A stretch of 64,000 nucleotides of DNA from Yuukianura sp. NJ FZ-2021 (taxonomy: Eukaryota). Shown here piece after piece: positions 1-12,500 of the stretch. The translations under genes and the position numbers were made by a program. The DNA is taken from assembly GCA_046563655.1 (NCBI GenBank), contig CM102283.1, forward strand, positions 186,001-250,000, in the 5' to 3' direction. Every line of letters begins with the position of its first letter. Within the stretch, counting starts at the first letter, position 1. The notes under the pieces are model-generated. The model was given only the letters and a program-made list of their open reading frames with translations, was not told where the DNA came from and searched no databases.

Positions 1-36
1 CTATAAGTATTCTATTTACCTTGGATGCACAATAGA

Positions 37-3000
37 TTTTTTTTTAAACAGAAGCTTTTATTTTGAATTCCTGTAGAATTACACCTTTAACCTGCCAAAG
101 GCAGGTTGAGTAATTATTGTTAAAGTAGAGTTGATAATTTTAGTTCGTAATGTTCCCTCCCTCGAGGCAAGGATCCCAAATAGAGGCACTGTTTCCCTTT
201 TGAATAGCGAGGCTAACGCGTTGGAGTAGAAAAGTAGTTGAACGTTTGTCGCCAGTTGTTTCGGAAATTAGATGTCCAATGGATTTCACTAGACGCAGGC
301 TTTCATTCCCGTAAACTCCTGAAGTCTCAATTGCAAGATTGGATACAATGATTTGATTTTCGAGGTCACGATAGATGTTGTGTTTGTATAATAAACTAAA
401 TCTAGAGCTGCAGGTTGGCCAAGGCAAGTAGACGAAGTTGGAAGGTAAGAAACCGCAAATGTGTCACGGCATGTAAACTCCCATATAAGGCAACGGCCCG
501 ATTTCCATGGCAGGAGTGTTATGCCATCTGGACGCTTCCCGTCAGATCCGGAACAGCCTGATGGCTCTTTTATGTTTGGTATTCCTGCGGTATGAAGAGC
601 TCTAGAGATGATGTCGTTTACGGTTCCATTTCTTGATTGACGACCGGCGCTCGGGATGCAACTTAATCCGTGCAAGTCATTGCTTGAGACTGATGCTCCA
701 CAAGGACAACGACGAGGTTGGCATATATCAGTTCCTAAACGAAGTGCACAGGAAATGGTGAAGCTTTCATTGGTGAGGAGGGTCCCGAGTGGAGAAGATG
801 GGATTGGATTTAACCAATTTCCTGAATGAGGGGCAGCGGCGGCGATTAAGCGGGCTTTGTCAACCAGAGTGGTAGAGTTCTCGAATAGAGTAGATGTAAT
901 TGAAAATTTTAGGTTCCCAGAGTTTTTGAATTTTTCCATCTTGAGGGTCTTCGAATGCCATTTCTGACCAATTGAGAGAAGCACAGACGAAGGAGTCGTC
1001 GAATGGTGAGATGTGTGGTGGGAGTAAGGCAGTGATTAGGTCAGTATTGCTTAGAACTGAAGCCATAAAGGAGAACGCAGCATAGTCAGAAGCATGACGA
1101 ATCTTTAATCCACCTTGATTTACCGGCAATGAAGATTGAGACGAGGCATGATGAGTTAATTTCAAGTTTTATTTATTTTTTTTATTTTTTTTTTATTTGT
1201 AGAATACTCTCCCTGTGGGCCCGCAGCCCATGGAGAGGGAGTTCGATCCATTGAATTGGTTAATAGCAAATTTTTGACGTGCTAGTGGGGTTCAAATATC
1301 TAATAACAGAGGTTGTGCAAGTTGGTAAAAGTAAAGAAAAGATTAATTTTGAGGACTAGTTATTCTTATTTCCGTCTTCTTTGCTCTTTGAACTTTGCTT
1401 TCATTGCATCCAGTTTCGCTTTCGTAAGTGATTTGTTGAGATGGTCCAATGATTCATCACTAACTTCCCTATAGTGTTCCGCGACTGCATTTTTAAAAGC
1501 ATCTCGACCCTGCGTTGCTGCTAGTTTAAAAACGCTGTAATTTGTTGAGTTCTGCCTTACGTCCATTGTGCGCAAGATGGTCGGGGTTCTTGTGACTTGA
1601 GTTTGTGACTGGAATTTGCTGATGGATGGTGAGAAGACTGGTGACGATGGTGTTAGGTTGCGTTGGAGGAGATTGTGGAAGCTGAGAATCTGCATGAGCA
1701 GCGAGTGAAGTCTTCAATAATTTTGTTTCTTTTTGTTGAGACGTAGGGTTTTGTTGCATGACGTCATGATGTACAGTTTTGCAAGTTGAGGATGTTGAAT
1801 GAGCATTATGACTGAGGTCAAAGGGTTCCTCTGTGTTGACTTTTGACTTGATGGTCTCTTGCGGTTGGCCCACGGGAGAGGTGAGCGCTCCCTTTCCAAT
1901 TGGGTGAAAGGCTTTAGATGGAGTAATCATTGTGGACGGGGAGTTCGAAGGAAAAATTCCCACTTTCTCTTCACATGCGTCAGCGTCTGAGTGGTCTTTT
2001 TGGACATTATGAGACTAGATGGGGTGGCAAATCATCGCTCATTCCGATTTCAGTTCCTTTTAGCAGGTGACATCGGCTGAACAGCTTTGCTTTCTCCATG
2101 CTTGACATCAGTGACACAGAAATTGTTTGCTTTTTCCCAAATACACGGACGGATTGAACTTGAAGTTGGATTTTTAAGTGACCATTAAGGATCCATTGTG
2201 AAATTGTAGAAACAGAAACTCGCTCAAGTTTGAAGCCATGAATGATCACAGCCGGTTTGACACATGGTTTTTGTAGGATCACCTTTTGCGGGAGCTGATG
2301 AACAAATTTGTCTTTTAATTGGTTAAGGTGCACTAAGTCCGAATTTGAAAGCTGGTTGCCATGGAGTAATGAGACTAGTGAATTGAAACAGAGCTTGGCA
2401 ATTTCCATTTCCAAATGAGTGATTGTATGGATTAAGAGTCGAATAGAAAGAGAACTAGAGCAAATTCTTGTGACAAGGGAGGAGAACTTAGTGACACACG
2501 TCTTAACAGCTTCACGTCTCGAATCGAACTCCAGTTAATTTCAAGTTGAGAATGGATTCCACTACAATAAGTAAGGCTGAGTATTCTGCTAGAAGATCGG
2601 TTTCTAGGAATGATGGGTAACATCGTAGAAAGTAAATCAATCTTGTTGTTGATATGGAAGCCCTGAGGAGGAAAAACGCTGGGTGGGCTAGCAGGCAGGA
2701 TAGTTAGAAGAAAGTTTCTTGAAATTTTCTGTCTTCGACTTTAGAATTTGAGGCGAAGATTCTCTGGACAGTAGAGCTCCCAAAAGTTCCATTCGATCGA
2801 TTTCAGGGAATTCTTCAGAAAAGGTATGAAAGGTGTTTGAGATTTTCACTGTTTCAGAATTGAATGCACCTAGAATGATCACTTCGCATTTTCTCTTGTT
2901 GAGATGTAAACCGAAGGACGAGGAAACAGAATCGATGGCCTTCAAACTGTTGAGTACGGCTTCTGGTGTATCAGCAATAGTTCCGTCATCCAAATACCAG

Positions 3001-3629
3001 AAGTTGAATTTAGTTGTTAAAGATGAGACTAACGGATGAATCGTCAATGCGAAGAGAGCAGGTCCTAGAGGATCCCCCTGCTGTATTCCGAGCTTGGATT
3101 TGAAGCAAGTTGACTCATAGAAGAGATCCGATTTGAAGAAATAGGCTTGTAAGATGAAGTTATAAAAAGCAGGAAGATGGAGTTTGACAGCCTCTAACAT
3201 TCTGTCTCTCCTGATCAGGTTGAAGGCGTTCCGGAAGTCCATTTTCAAAAAAACCTTTGAGAATTGTGTGCAGCGTTGCAGTATATCCTGGCAGAATGGG
3301 CGACAGCTTCGGCGCCGTTTTTCACTCCAACTCCAACTTGAATTGGGCTTAAGATGGACGAAATTGAGTTCATTGACCGGGACAGGATGATCTTCGACAC
3401 GAGTCGTCTCCATGTGAAACCAACAGCTATGGGCCGGATTCCGCCTGTTTTCTTTTGGATGGCGATTAGATACGCGCCAAAGAAAATTGGTCTGATGTGT
3501 TGTGGAAGAGTCTCCATTGGTAGTTGTGACTGATGAAAAGTTGGAACTGGCTTCATAGGTAGCTGGAACTGATGAATGGCTGGAAGCGACTTTGTTGCTG
3601 CAGCTGTTGTTTGGGTTGAAGTTATCCAT
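37..3629 (-). mobile_element. CRE-clade (RLE-type) non-LTR retrotransposon, frameshifted, interrupted by insertion 1169-2532
   Basis: RT motifs KKTGGIRPIAVG, GVGVKNGAEA, KMDFRNAFN, QQGDPLGPALF, YLDDGT (2548-3556); LPVNQGGLKIR; C-terminal CPCG..HGLSC zinc motif and KRPDG..PW..G restriction-like endonuclease (140-1153); A-rich tail near 37-45. Confidence 0.85.
1169..2532 (-). mobile_element. ORF1-only (HAL1-like) non-autonomous LINE derivative with poly(A) tail
   Basis: 15-bp TSD AGTTAATTTCAAGTT at 1154-1168 and 2533-2547; (A)nT tail at 1169-1198; 3' stem-loop at ~1207-1237; ORF1-like segment KAKLFSRCHLLKGTEIGMSDDLP (2007-2414); no RT or EN motifs. Confidence 0.8.
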
Positions 3630-3870
3630 TTGTTGTAGTTGTCAAGGTAATGTATGTGATAAATCTGAATTCTTCGAAGAAAAATTAGTAGAAGTAAAAT
3701 GTTGTCCTGGAGACAAGTTTCAAGATGCGTTTGTTTGAATTATGATGTCTTGGAGAGCGGATTTTGGAGTCAAAATTTCAGCGCTTTGAGTGACGAAAAT
3801 GGGCCAGTTGACAAGTGTCTGCCAGTTGTCTCCAGAAGACTAAAACTACAATGTTAACTGGTTAACAGCA

Positions 3871-6800
3871 AACAAGGCATGGCGATGCTCAAGGGTAGAG
3901 CATAGGTCTTCTGGAGAGAGTTGACAATTGATACGGCATTTAGACCGGCCTACCGCAAAACTATGGACGAAGTGAGGAACGGTTTTCATGGAATTGAAGC
4001 TCTAAAACGTCGCTGAAAATTTTCAGTGCGAATATGAGATCTAATTTTGTGCATGATGACGATGAGTTGCACCAAAATTTTCTTGTCAATTTTACCGTTT
4101 CATTGAACGAAAATCATGTTAAAGTTTTGGGGCCCAAAATATCTGCACTGAATTGATGTTGTGAATTTGATGTGCACAAAATGCACAAAATTGAACGTTT
4201 AGGAGAAGGGGTCGAATATCGTTCTTGATTGATGCTCTTAGTTTGTTGAGCAAGATGCACATAATGTATTGTCGATGTTGTCATGGCAATGCTCAAGGTA
4301 GTTCTCAAACCGGCACAAACCTTTATTTGTGTGCATCATGCACAAAATTGAACGTTGAGTGGCAGGTGTCGAATATCGTTTCTTTAAAATCAAAATCATA
4401 AAAATTTCTTGTGAATGCAAAGTGAAACTCTGTCAAACACTGTTTCCATATTATGAATTTGAGCCGGATTATCCACACTCTAACTAGGTCATTAAAGTAA
4501 CTGTCAGAAAATGACTAGATCAAAATTTCGTTGTTAAAAAATTTTTTGAGCATAATACAGACCTAACACAAAAATTTTGAGGACTTAAGAATCAGCAATG
4601 CGATTCAACCGCAAACTTTGGCGTTGTTAATGTAAGTCTTTGAGTGCAATGTAGATGAAAATACTTGAGCCATACATAACCCCCCGACTGCGATGGGGCT
4701 TATGTTTCCGTGCAAAAGATCCTAAAAAAGCGAACGGACGGACGGCCGTACAGACAGACAAAGTCGTATCAATAGTCTTCTTCAGCATGTCGTAGACATG
4801 CGTCTCCAGAAGACTAAAATGAACGTTTAGAAGGGGTCGAATATCGTTCTTGATTGATGTTCTTCATTTGTTGAGGAAGATGCACATAATGTATTGTCGA
4901 TGTTGTCATGGCAATGCTCAAGGTAGTTCTCAAACCTGCACAAACATTCAATTGTGTGCATGATGCACAAAATTGTACGTTGTGGGGTAGGGGTCGAATA
5001 TCGTTTCTTTAAAATATTTCTTATGAATGCAAATTTGAACCCTCCGATTCGCTTCTTACGTGTTACGAATTTAAAGCGGAATCTGAGCCCTCTCATCAAT
5101 TCCAAATTAACACCGTAAATATATATACTGTGAGAAAATGACCGGTCAAAACTTCGTTGTGTAAAAATATTTTGAGTGCAATGCAAAGGTGTCAAAAAAT
5201 TTCAGTCAGAAGAATCGGCAATGGGAAGTAGCCGCTAATTTTCATGTTGTTATTATAACACTTTTAGTGGAATGTGGACCTACTAAAAATACTTTAGCCA
5301 TACATAACCCCCCGAACAAAAGGGGGCTTATGGTTCAGTGCAAAAAGTCCTAGAAAGTGTGACACACAAAGTCGTATCAATAGGCTTCTTCAACATGACG
5401 TAGTCTCCAGAAGACTAAAGTTAAAGCGCCGATGAACTTAAATTTGTGGGTTTATGCCGTCTTTTTCCGCTCTAATATGTATAGCGCCGTTAAGATTGCA
5501 TTGAGATTGCCGGTGTTGATACTGCGGGTTATACGCAAAAGCGACTTATAAGCGAGAAAATATAGAAACTTAAATTAACCTGAACGTAACCTAACCTAAC
5601 CTTCCGAAATAAGAACAAGATAGGGCGATGCTCAAGGGTTGAGCATAGGTCTTCTGAAGGGTGTTGACAAATGATACGACATTTAGACCGGCCTACCGCA
5701 AAACTATTGACGAACTGAGAAACCGTTTTCATGGAATTGAGGCTCTAAAACGTCGCTGAAAATTTTCAGTGTGAATATGAGATCCTATTTTGTGCATGAG
5801 TTGCACCAACATTGTAATGGCAATTTTACCGGTTACTTGAACCAAAATCATGTTAAAGTTTTGAAGTCCAAAATATCTGCACTGAATAGACGTTGCTAAG
5901 TTGATGTGCACAAAATACACAAATTGAACGTTTAGAAGGGGTCGAATATCGTTCTCAAACCTGCTCAAAGCTTCAATTGTGTGCATCATGCACAAAAGTG
6001 TACGTTGTGGGGTAAGGGTCGAATATCTTTTAAAATCAAAATCATAAAAATTTCTTGTGAATGCAAATTTGAACCCTCCCATTCGCTGCTTACGTGTTAA
6101 GAATTTAAACCGGATTCGGATTCTGAGCCCTCTAATCAGTCCCAAATTAACAACGAAATAAAGTTCTTTTCTCAACCTGCCTTTGGCATGTGAATTTTGT
6201 AAAATTTTGAAAAATTTCAAAAAGCTTTTAATAAAAAAAAGAAATTATTTAAAAAAAACGTAAATAAACATACTGTCAGAAAATGACCGGATCAAAACTT
6301 AGTTGTTTAAATATATTTTGAGTGTAATGGAAACCAATACGTTTCCGGGAAACGACTACACTGCGTGTGCGTAAAGTGGCCGCCCACTTCTACGTTGTTA
6401 ATCTAACACTTTTAGTGCAATGTAGAAATACTGAAAACTCTTGAGGCATACATAACCCCCAACTGCGATAAGGCACATGCTTCAGTGCAAAAAATCCTAA
6501 AAAGTGTGACGGACGGGCATACAGACAAAGTCGTATCAATAGTCTTCTTCAGCATGCCGTAGACATTCGTCTCCAGAAAACTAAACAAGGTAGGGCAATG
6601 CTCAAGGGTTGAGCATAGGTCTTCTGGAGGGAGTTGACAGTTGATGCGACTTAAACCGGCCTGCTCAAAACTGTAGAAGAACTGAGAAACCGTTTTCATG
6701 TAGCGGATGTACCAAAACGCCGCTCAAAATTTTCAGCGCGGATGTCAGGTCCTCTTTTGTGCATGCGTTGCACCAAAACTGGGTTGCCAATGGCATGCAC

Positions 6801-7404
6801 TAAAATCATGTTCCAGTTTTGCGACCCAAAATATTTGCAATAAATTGATGTTCTTGATTTGGTGAGCAGGATGCACATAATGTATTATCGGTGTTGCCGT
6901 GGCAATGTACTTATTAGCGAAAAGAGCGTGAACCAAACGGCGTCAAAATAATGATACCGAAATTTAGCTTTATGCATTATAAAAATTTCTAGTAAATGCA
7001 ACTTTGACCCCTGTTGTGCACCATTCACATATTAAACATTTAAGCCGGATTTTCTACCCTCTGATCAGTCTTAATTTAACAACGTGATTAAACATACTGC
7101 CAGAAAATGACCAGATCAAAACTCCGTTGTTTATAAATATTTTGAGTGCAATCGAAACCAAAACAGTTTTGCGGAGCCACGATACTGCGGGTACATAAAG
7201 TAGCCGCCCACTTCTACGTTGTTAATAAAGCAGTTTGAGTGCAATGTAGAGGTAGAGAAAACACTTGAGCGATACAGGACACCCCGTCAATAATGGAGGT
7301 AATGTTTCAGTGCAAAGGGTACTAAAAAACGTTACGGACGGACAGACAAAGTCGTATCAATAGTCTTCTTCAGCACGTCGTAGACGTGCGTCTCCAGAAG
7401 ACTA
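3871..7404 (-). mobile_element. Array of four Helentron-associated (HINE/DINE-like) non-autonomous elements: ~3871-4816, 4820-5417 (partial), 5612-6583, 6584-7404
   Basis: Minus-strand 5' ends TTTAGTCTTCTGGAGAC with internal inverted repeat followed by GTCT/GTCC microsatellite; 3' ends with subTIR CTCCAGAAGAC, hairpin ATGCTC-n7-GAGCAT, then CTTGTT; copies C and D are joined head to tail. Confidence 0.75.
6163..6256 (+). mobile_element. Short 3'-end retrocopy related to the CRE element tail, inserted in a HINE copy
   Basis: CTCAACCTGCCTTTGGCA...AAAGCTT..poly(A) resembles the minus-strand 3' end at 37-111; flanked by imperfect direct repeat AACG(T)AAATAAA; absent from sister HINE copies. Confidence 0.55.
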
Positions 7405-7920
7405 AAATCGGTGGCTGAAGATACTGAGGTAGTGATGGACCCATATTTTGTGGCGTAGGGTTTTACAACTAACACGATGCAAGAGGTTAGTGGAAGAATA
7501 AAAAATCTGAGATAGGTTAGATTAAAAGGTTAATAGGTTAAATTCTGATAGGATAATCAGAATTTATAACTAAGTGCTTAGGAGTATAAATATTGGGCTG
7601 TTTGGAACTTTATGTGCAAACTTAGAATATTCCTTCCACTTGCGCGAAATATTAAATTTTTCTAAAATAAAATCAATAAAGTATTAAAAAATCTAAAGTA
7701 CAAACAAATATTGATCCATGGAAATATGTGTTAAATTCACAGTTTACCCTACAATCAAAAACCAGCTTGCGTATGTCCTGTCTAGAAGGCAGACAGAGAA
7801 GCACAAGGAGTTTTATGTACCTTTAGAAGAGGATCACACAAAGGGGTTCCAACATAAGTTATTTATGGGCGATGAAAAATGTAAGTCCGTGAGGTATTAT
7901 AAATTAAATTTTGTGCTTAC

Positions 7921-8431
7921 CATTTTTAGATATTAAGAAAAAGTTGTAGCCCGTTATGCCTGGTAGGTGTATATCGCATGAATAAAGGCCTCCATCTTGA
8001 CTGTCAACACATTCGAAGAGATATTTTTTGTTCGACGGAGAGTCCCAGCAATTAGCCACGCATTTACGCAAAGACAAAGGATTTCCATTGTTTATTGAAA
8101 AAAAGCAGTTCACCTAGAAACAGAGCGATGTTACAATTCTGCGGGTTCGAGCCTAGGAGTCAAACTGTACCTTATGTTGCTCGTCATCGTCATAGCGCGG
8201 ATGGTATATAGGGTTGCATACGCCATCAGAAAATAACGATATAATCGCATCACCAGGAGATGGAGGATCTTTTACTTTGTGGAGTTCACACGCTCCATCG
8301 CAGATACTGAATTCCGATGCGACAAGAGCATCGGAATTCCGCGCGGCTTCGGCGCGATAAAGGTGAAAAATTATCAAGCAGAATTGTACTGAAGCCAACT
8401 CCAAACACATCGTAACAATTCCCGCAGCCAT
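7921..8431 (-). CDS. Putative small secreted cysteine-rich protein (exons 8431/8410-8171 and 8113-7921; last exon uncertain)
   Basis: 57-bp GT..AG phase-0 intron (8170-8114) joins two ORFs in frame (…DDDEQHK|VNCFFSINNG…); hydrophobic N-terminus MCLELASVQFCLIIFHLYRAEA; GTAAG donor at 7920. Confidence 0.55.
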
Positions 8432-9525
8432 GACCGCGCCTCGAATAATTTATACAGTGAGAATAGGAAAACTTCCAAACCACAAATGTCCCACTCTACC
8501 GAATGAGAATGAAATGAGCGATGATAACTCCTAAGGAAGTAGTTTGTAGTGGTTTTATTACATGCATTGTTCAAACTAGGGCGACCCAATTTCCCGTGGA
8601 TTGCTTGTATAGTTAAGCCTATTTTAACGAGGTTAGGTTAACCTAACCAATCTAAAATGAACGCTATAGCGTGAAGTACCCTAAATTGGAAATTCGCTAG
8701 ATTGATTAACAATTGAATGCCTTCGGCAAACTGGAAATCGTTGTTTTGACGTTTTCTTTTTCAATTTCTAAACAAACGAAATCACGCGAAAAAAAGGTTT
8801 TCCAGACCGATTTAGCGGTTTTTTCTGCCAGATTTCAGCAGAAAACTAATACGCAACTCGTTGCCCATAGAAACTCAAATTGCAATTTGCCGTTTGCTTC
8901 TTTTTCCGCGAAGCCATTCAATTTCCAAGTAGTTAAAATATAAAATAGGTCACATTTAGGCAATCAAAAAGAATTTCAATTGTCTATTAACTACCACACG
9001 ACTAAATTAGTCATGACAATTGCAAAAATTTTCTAAATTACGAGGATAGGTTGGCTTATGTCTTTTTATTTATTAGAGAAATTTAAATAAAATTTTTTTG
9101 GCAAAGACTTTCGCTTTCAAACGTAATCAAAATTTTATTCTCGAAATGAATGCGGCTAGGTTCAACACAAATTGAACTTGAGTCTGATTTTGCGTATATA
9201 AGGAAAAATGATTCTTGATTTTTCTTCTGGAGAAATAGAACATATAGATGAGAGGGGGTTTTTCCCTGTTAGTTTTGGTCAGAATCAAGCAATCTTACCA
9301 TTGATGAAATAAGATTCCAATTAACAATGTGAATTTCACATGCTGAATGAAAATTTTTAGTACAACTAAAGGTTCCCGCACACTGGACGGCGCCGACTGT
9401 CGGCGGCTGTCTGCTCTACTTTTTCTGTTCACTTTGCTATAGCACACCAGAAAAAGTAGCCGCCGAACTTTTTCTTCCCGTCGAAGAGGAAAGAAAAAGT
9501 TCGTCTCACTTTCATCTTTCTACAC

Positions 9526-12500
9526 TGTAAGGACAGTCAACTGCTACCCGCTAGAATGACTGACTCCTTCGTTGTTCGTAGACTGTGCTACTGATTAATC
9601 GATTTATTCAACTGATTTTACCAATTAACTCTTTTTTACACTTTCTTACTGGTCCTGTCTCTTGAATGTCTAAAATTCGACTATCTTCTTTCTTCATACT
9701 TTTTCTAACAAAAAAACCTAAAAATATAACACACAAAAAACGCTATTTTGAATTTCCCTCTCCCATTCTCTCAAAATCTCAAATTCTAAAAAATACCAAA
9801 AGTCAAAACCTAAAATTTACAAAAAATAACCTAATTTCAGATCCCAACATTTTTCCCCACCTTTTAAAAGTGAAACTTTTAAAACTAAATCGTACACTAA
9901 AATTGACCTAGTATAATCCATGAACTTAACCTAATAATCCTAATATGTCCATGATCCATATCCATACCGAGTTGGCTTCTTGACCTTACGTCCTGATCTC
10001 GTTTCTTTGATGTCTTCGTCAGGCTCTTCTGATTGGTCCTTCTCCGGCTCAGCGACTTTAGTCGACCGATTTTTCAAACTCCGAACTTTGTCTTTAGTGA
10101 TCTCCGCTGGTGGACTTGAAATTTCCAGTGGGTAGATCCGCTGGATTGGGCGAGTCAAGATGTGACATCCGAAATCCTTCTTCTCACTGGATGCGTTGGA
10201 GACTTTGACCTTGACCACCCGAATTTTTCCATCTTTTCCAGGAATGAGTTCCATGATTTTTCCCAAGGGCCATTGGAAACGCTTCTTCCCATCTGCTCCG
10301 ACGAGAACGATGTCACCCACTTTGAGAGCCGTACTTCCTTCAGATGATTTCTGCACCAGCATAGCTAAGTACTCCTTCCGAAATCTTGCTTGTAGGGTTG
10401 TTTTCATTGTCTGTAGTTTGGAGTACGCTTTTCAATAACCGTCAGCTCCAATTTCATCTCCTTCTGGGAAACACCCAACTGGTAAGTCCCGCATGAACAT
10501 CCTTGGTGTCAGCGGCGTCAGATCGTTGTCATCTTCTGTGAGAGTCGTCGATGGCCGATCGTTGATTGTTCCAGCGATTGAGTAGATGCAAGTAATGGAC
10601 TGCTCGTAGCTTAGCTTTGCATTACCCATCATTCTTCTGAGTAGTTCCTTGACAGATCTGACCATCCGTTCCCAAAATCCTCCCCACCACGGTGCTGCTG
10701 GAGGATTGAACGTCCAGATGATCTCCTTAACTTTGAACTCTTCCTCTAGTGTCTTCCAGTCGAGTTCTTTCATCAGATTCTTAGCGCCCACAAAATTCGT
10801 CCCGTTGTCGCTGTAGATACGGTTTGGACGCCCAATGACACTGATGAATCGCTCAATGGATTCTAAGAATGCTTCAGTGGAGAGTGAGGTGACCAAGTCC
10901 AAATGTACTCCCCTATACACTGCGCATGTGAACAGCACAATCCACGCCTTGGTACCTCCTTTGAGTATGATCGGTCCCGCCAAGTCCACTCCTATAGTTT
11001 GAAACGCGAATGACGTTGAAACTCGATCCTTTGGCAGGGGTGCTGATTCACAACTGGTTTTCTTTGACGTATGACGGCGACAAATGACACACTGACAAAT
11101 AACTTTTCCCACCGTCTTTCTTCCTTGTTGGATCCAGTATCTCTCACGTAACTTTCCGAGTACGACTTGAGTCCCAGCATGCCCCATGGACCTATGAACA
11201 TGGTTAATCAATTGATTAACTAGCGGATCCCCTCGTGGCAACAAAACTGGTGTCCGGAAGTTCTCTGTGTCATCTTTGTAGAGGAGTCTTGAGGTCACTT
11301 TCCACAGTCCGTTGCTCCTCTTCACGTCCAAATTTTTCCAATTAGCCGACTGCAACTTATCACCAAATCTTTCTTTCTGAAGTTGACGAATCAAGTCTTC
11401 TTCGGCCTTCAACATCTCTTGTTTGCTAAAATGTGGTGACGTCACTCGATTTTCTATTTTGAGACACAGATTCTGTACAAATCTTCTCACATAGGCAGCC
11501 ACACGAACATTTTGCAAGTAAACTCCAAACCGGGGCTCCTTAACCTCAGTTTCTTTGGCAATTAGAGTAGTCTTGCGTCTTTCTGAGTTGACGATCTCTT
11601 CTTCTGCGTCTGCGTAGACTCTAGGCCAATTTTCTTCTCTGTCCTTGAGCCATTCTGGGCCTTCCCACCATTTGGAGTCCAGTAATTCTCTCGGTGAACA
11701 TCCCCGTGAAGGAAGATCTGCGGGATTGACACTGCCAGGGACATGCTTCCAAGAGTTCACGCTGGTCAACTTCCCTATCTCCTTCACTCGATTTCCGACG
11801 AACGTTCCCCAATTCTCCTGTCGCTGGATCCAACTTAAAGCAGTGGTGGAGTCCGTCCAAAAATGAACTGAGTCGGTGTTCACTGTCATAGCCGCCTTGA
11901 CACTAGTGAACAATCTTGCTCCAATGAGACATCCCATCAACTTTAATCTTGGGATTGTCACTTTCTTCTTGTTTTCCCTGCTGATTGGGGCGACTCGTGA
12001 CTTTGCTGCCAACAACTGAACTGAAACTTCCAAGTCACTCTCCACCCTCACGAATACGACACCGGCGTAGGCGACTTGACTGGCGTCCGTGAACACATGA
12101 AGTTGGACTGAGTTCACATTTACTCCAGCAAATGCATGACGTGGAATCTTGATTTTCTCTAGAAATTCCATTTCTGTACACCAATTACGAAATGGCTCCT
12201 TCTGATGTTCATCCCACTCGACATCCCATCCAAGGTCACTTGCCCATGCCTGCTGCAGCATCAACTTCGGTTGAATTAAGGCTGGTGCGGTGAAACCGAT
12301 TGGATCAAAAACTTGGGACGCAACAGACAAAACTTCTCTCTTCGTCACCTTCTTCACGTCTGGCTCCTTGGGTACTTCACAAAAAAGAAGATCTTGACGC
12401 TTGTCCCATCTGAGTCCCAGAACATTGGTGACGAATTTGTCAAAGTCAAATTCGGTTGACTTCTCCCACTGTCGGAGGTCCATCTTCGCTTCTAACAAAA

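Noticed and set aside
4114-6936. Short ORFs repeated in the 4-7 kb region
   Set aside because: Chance frames within non-coding HINE repeats; frames are not conserved among copies.
8628-8650. TTAGG/CCTAA telomere-like words here and at ~35755, ~43463 and ~55300
   Set aside because: Only 2-3 units, dispersed and usually inside transposon remnants; not a telomeric array.
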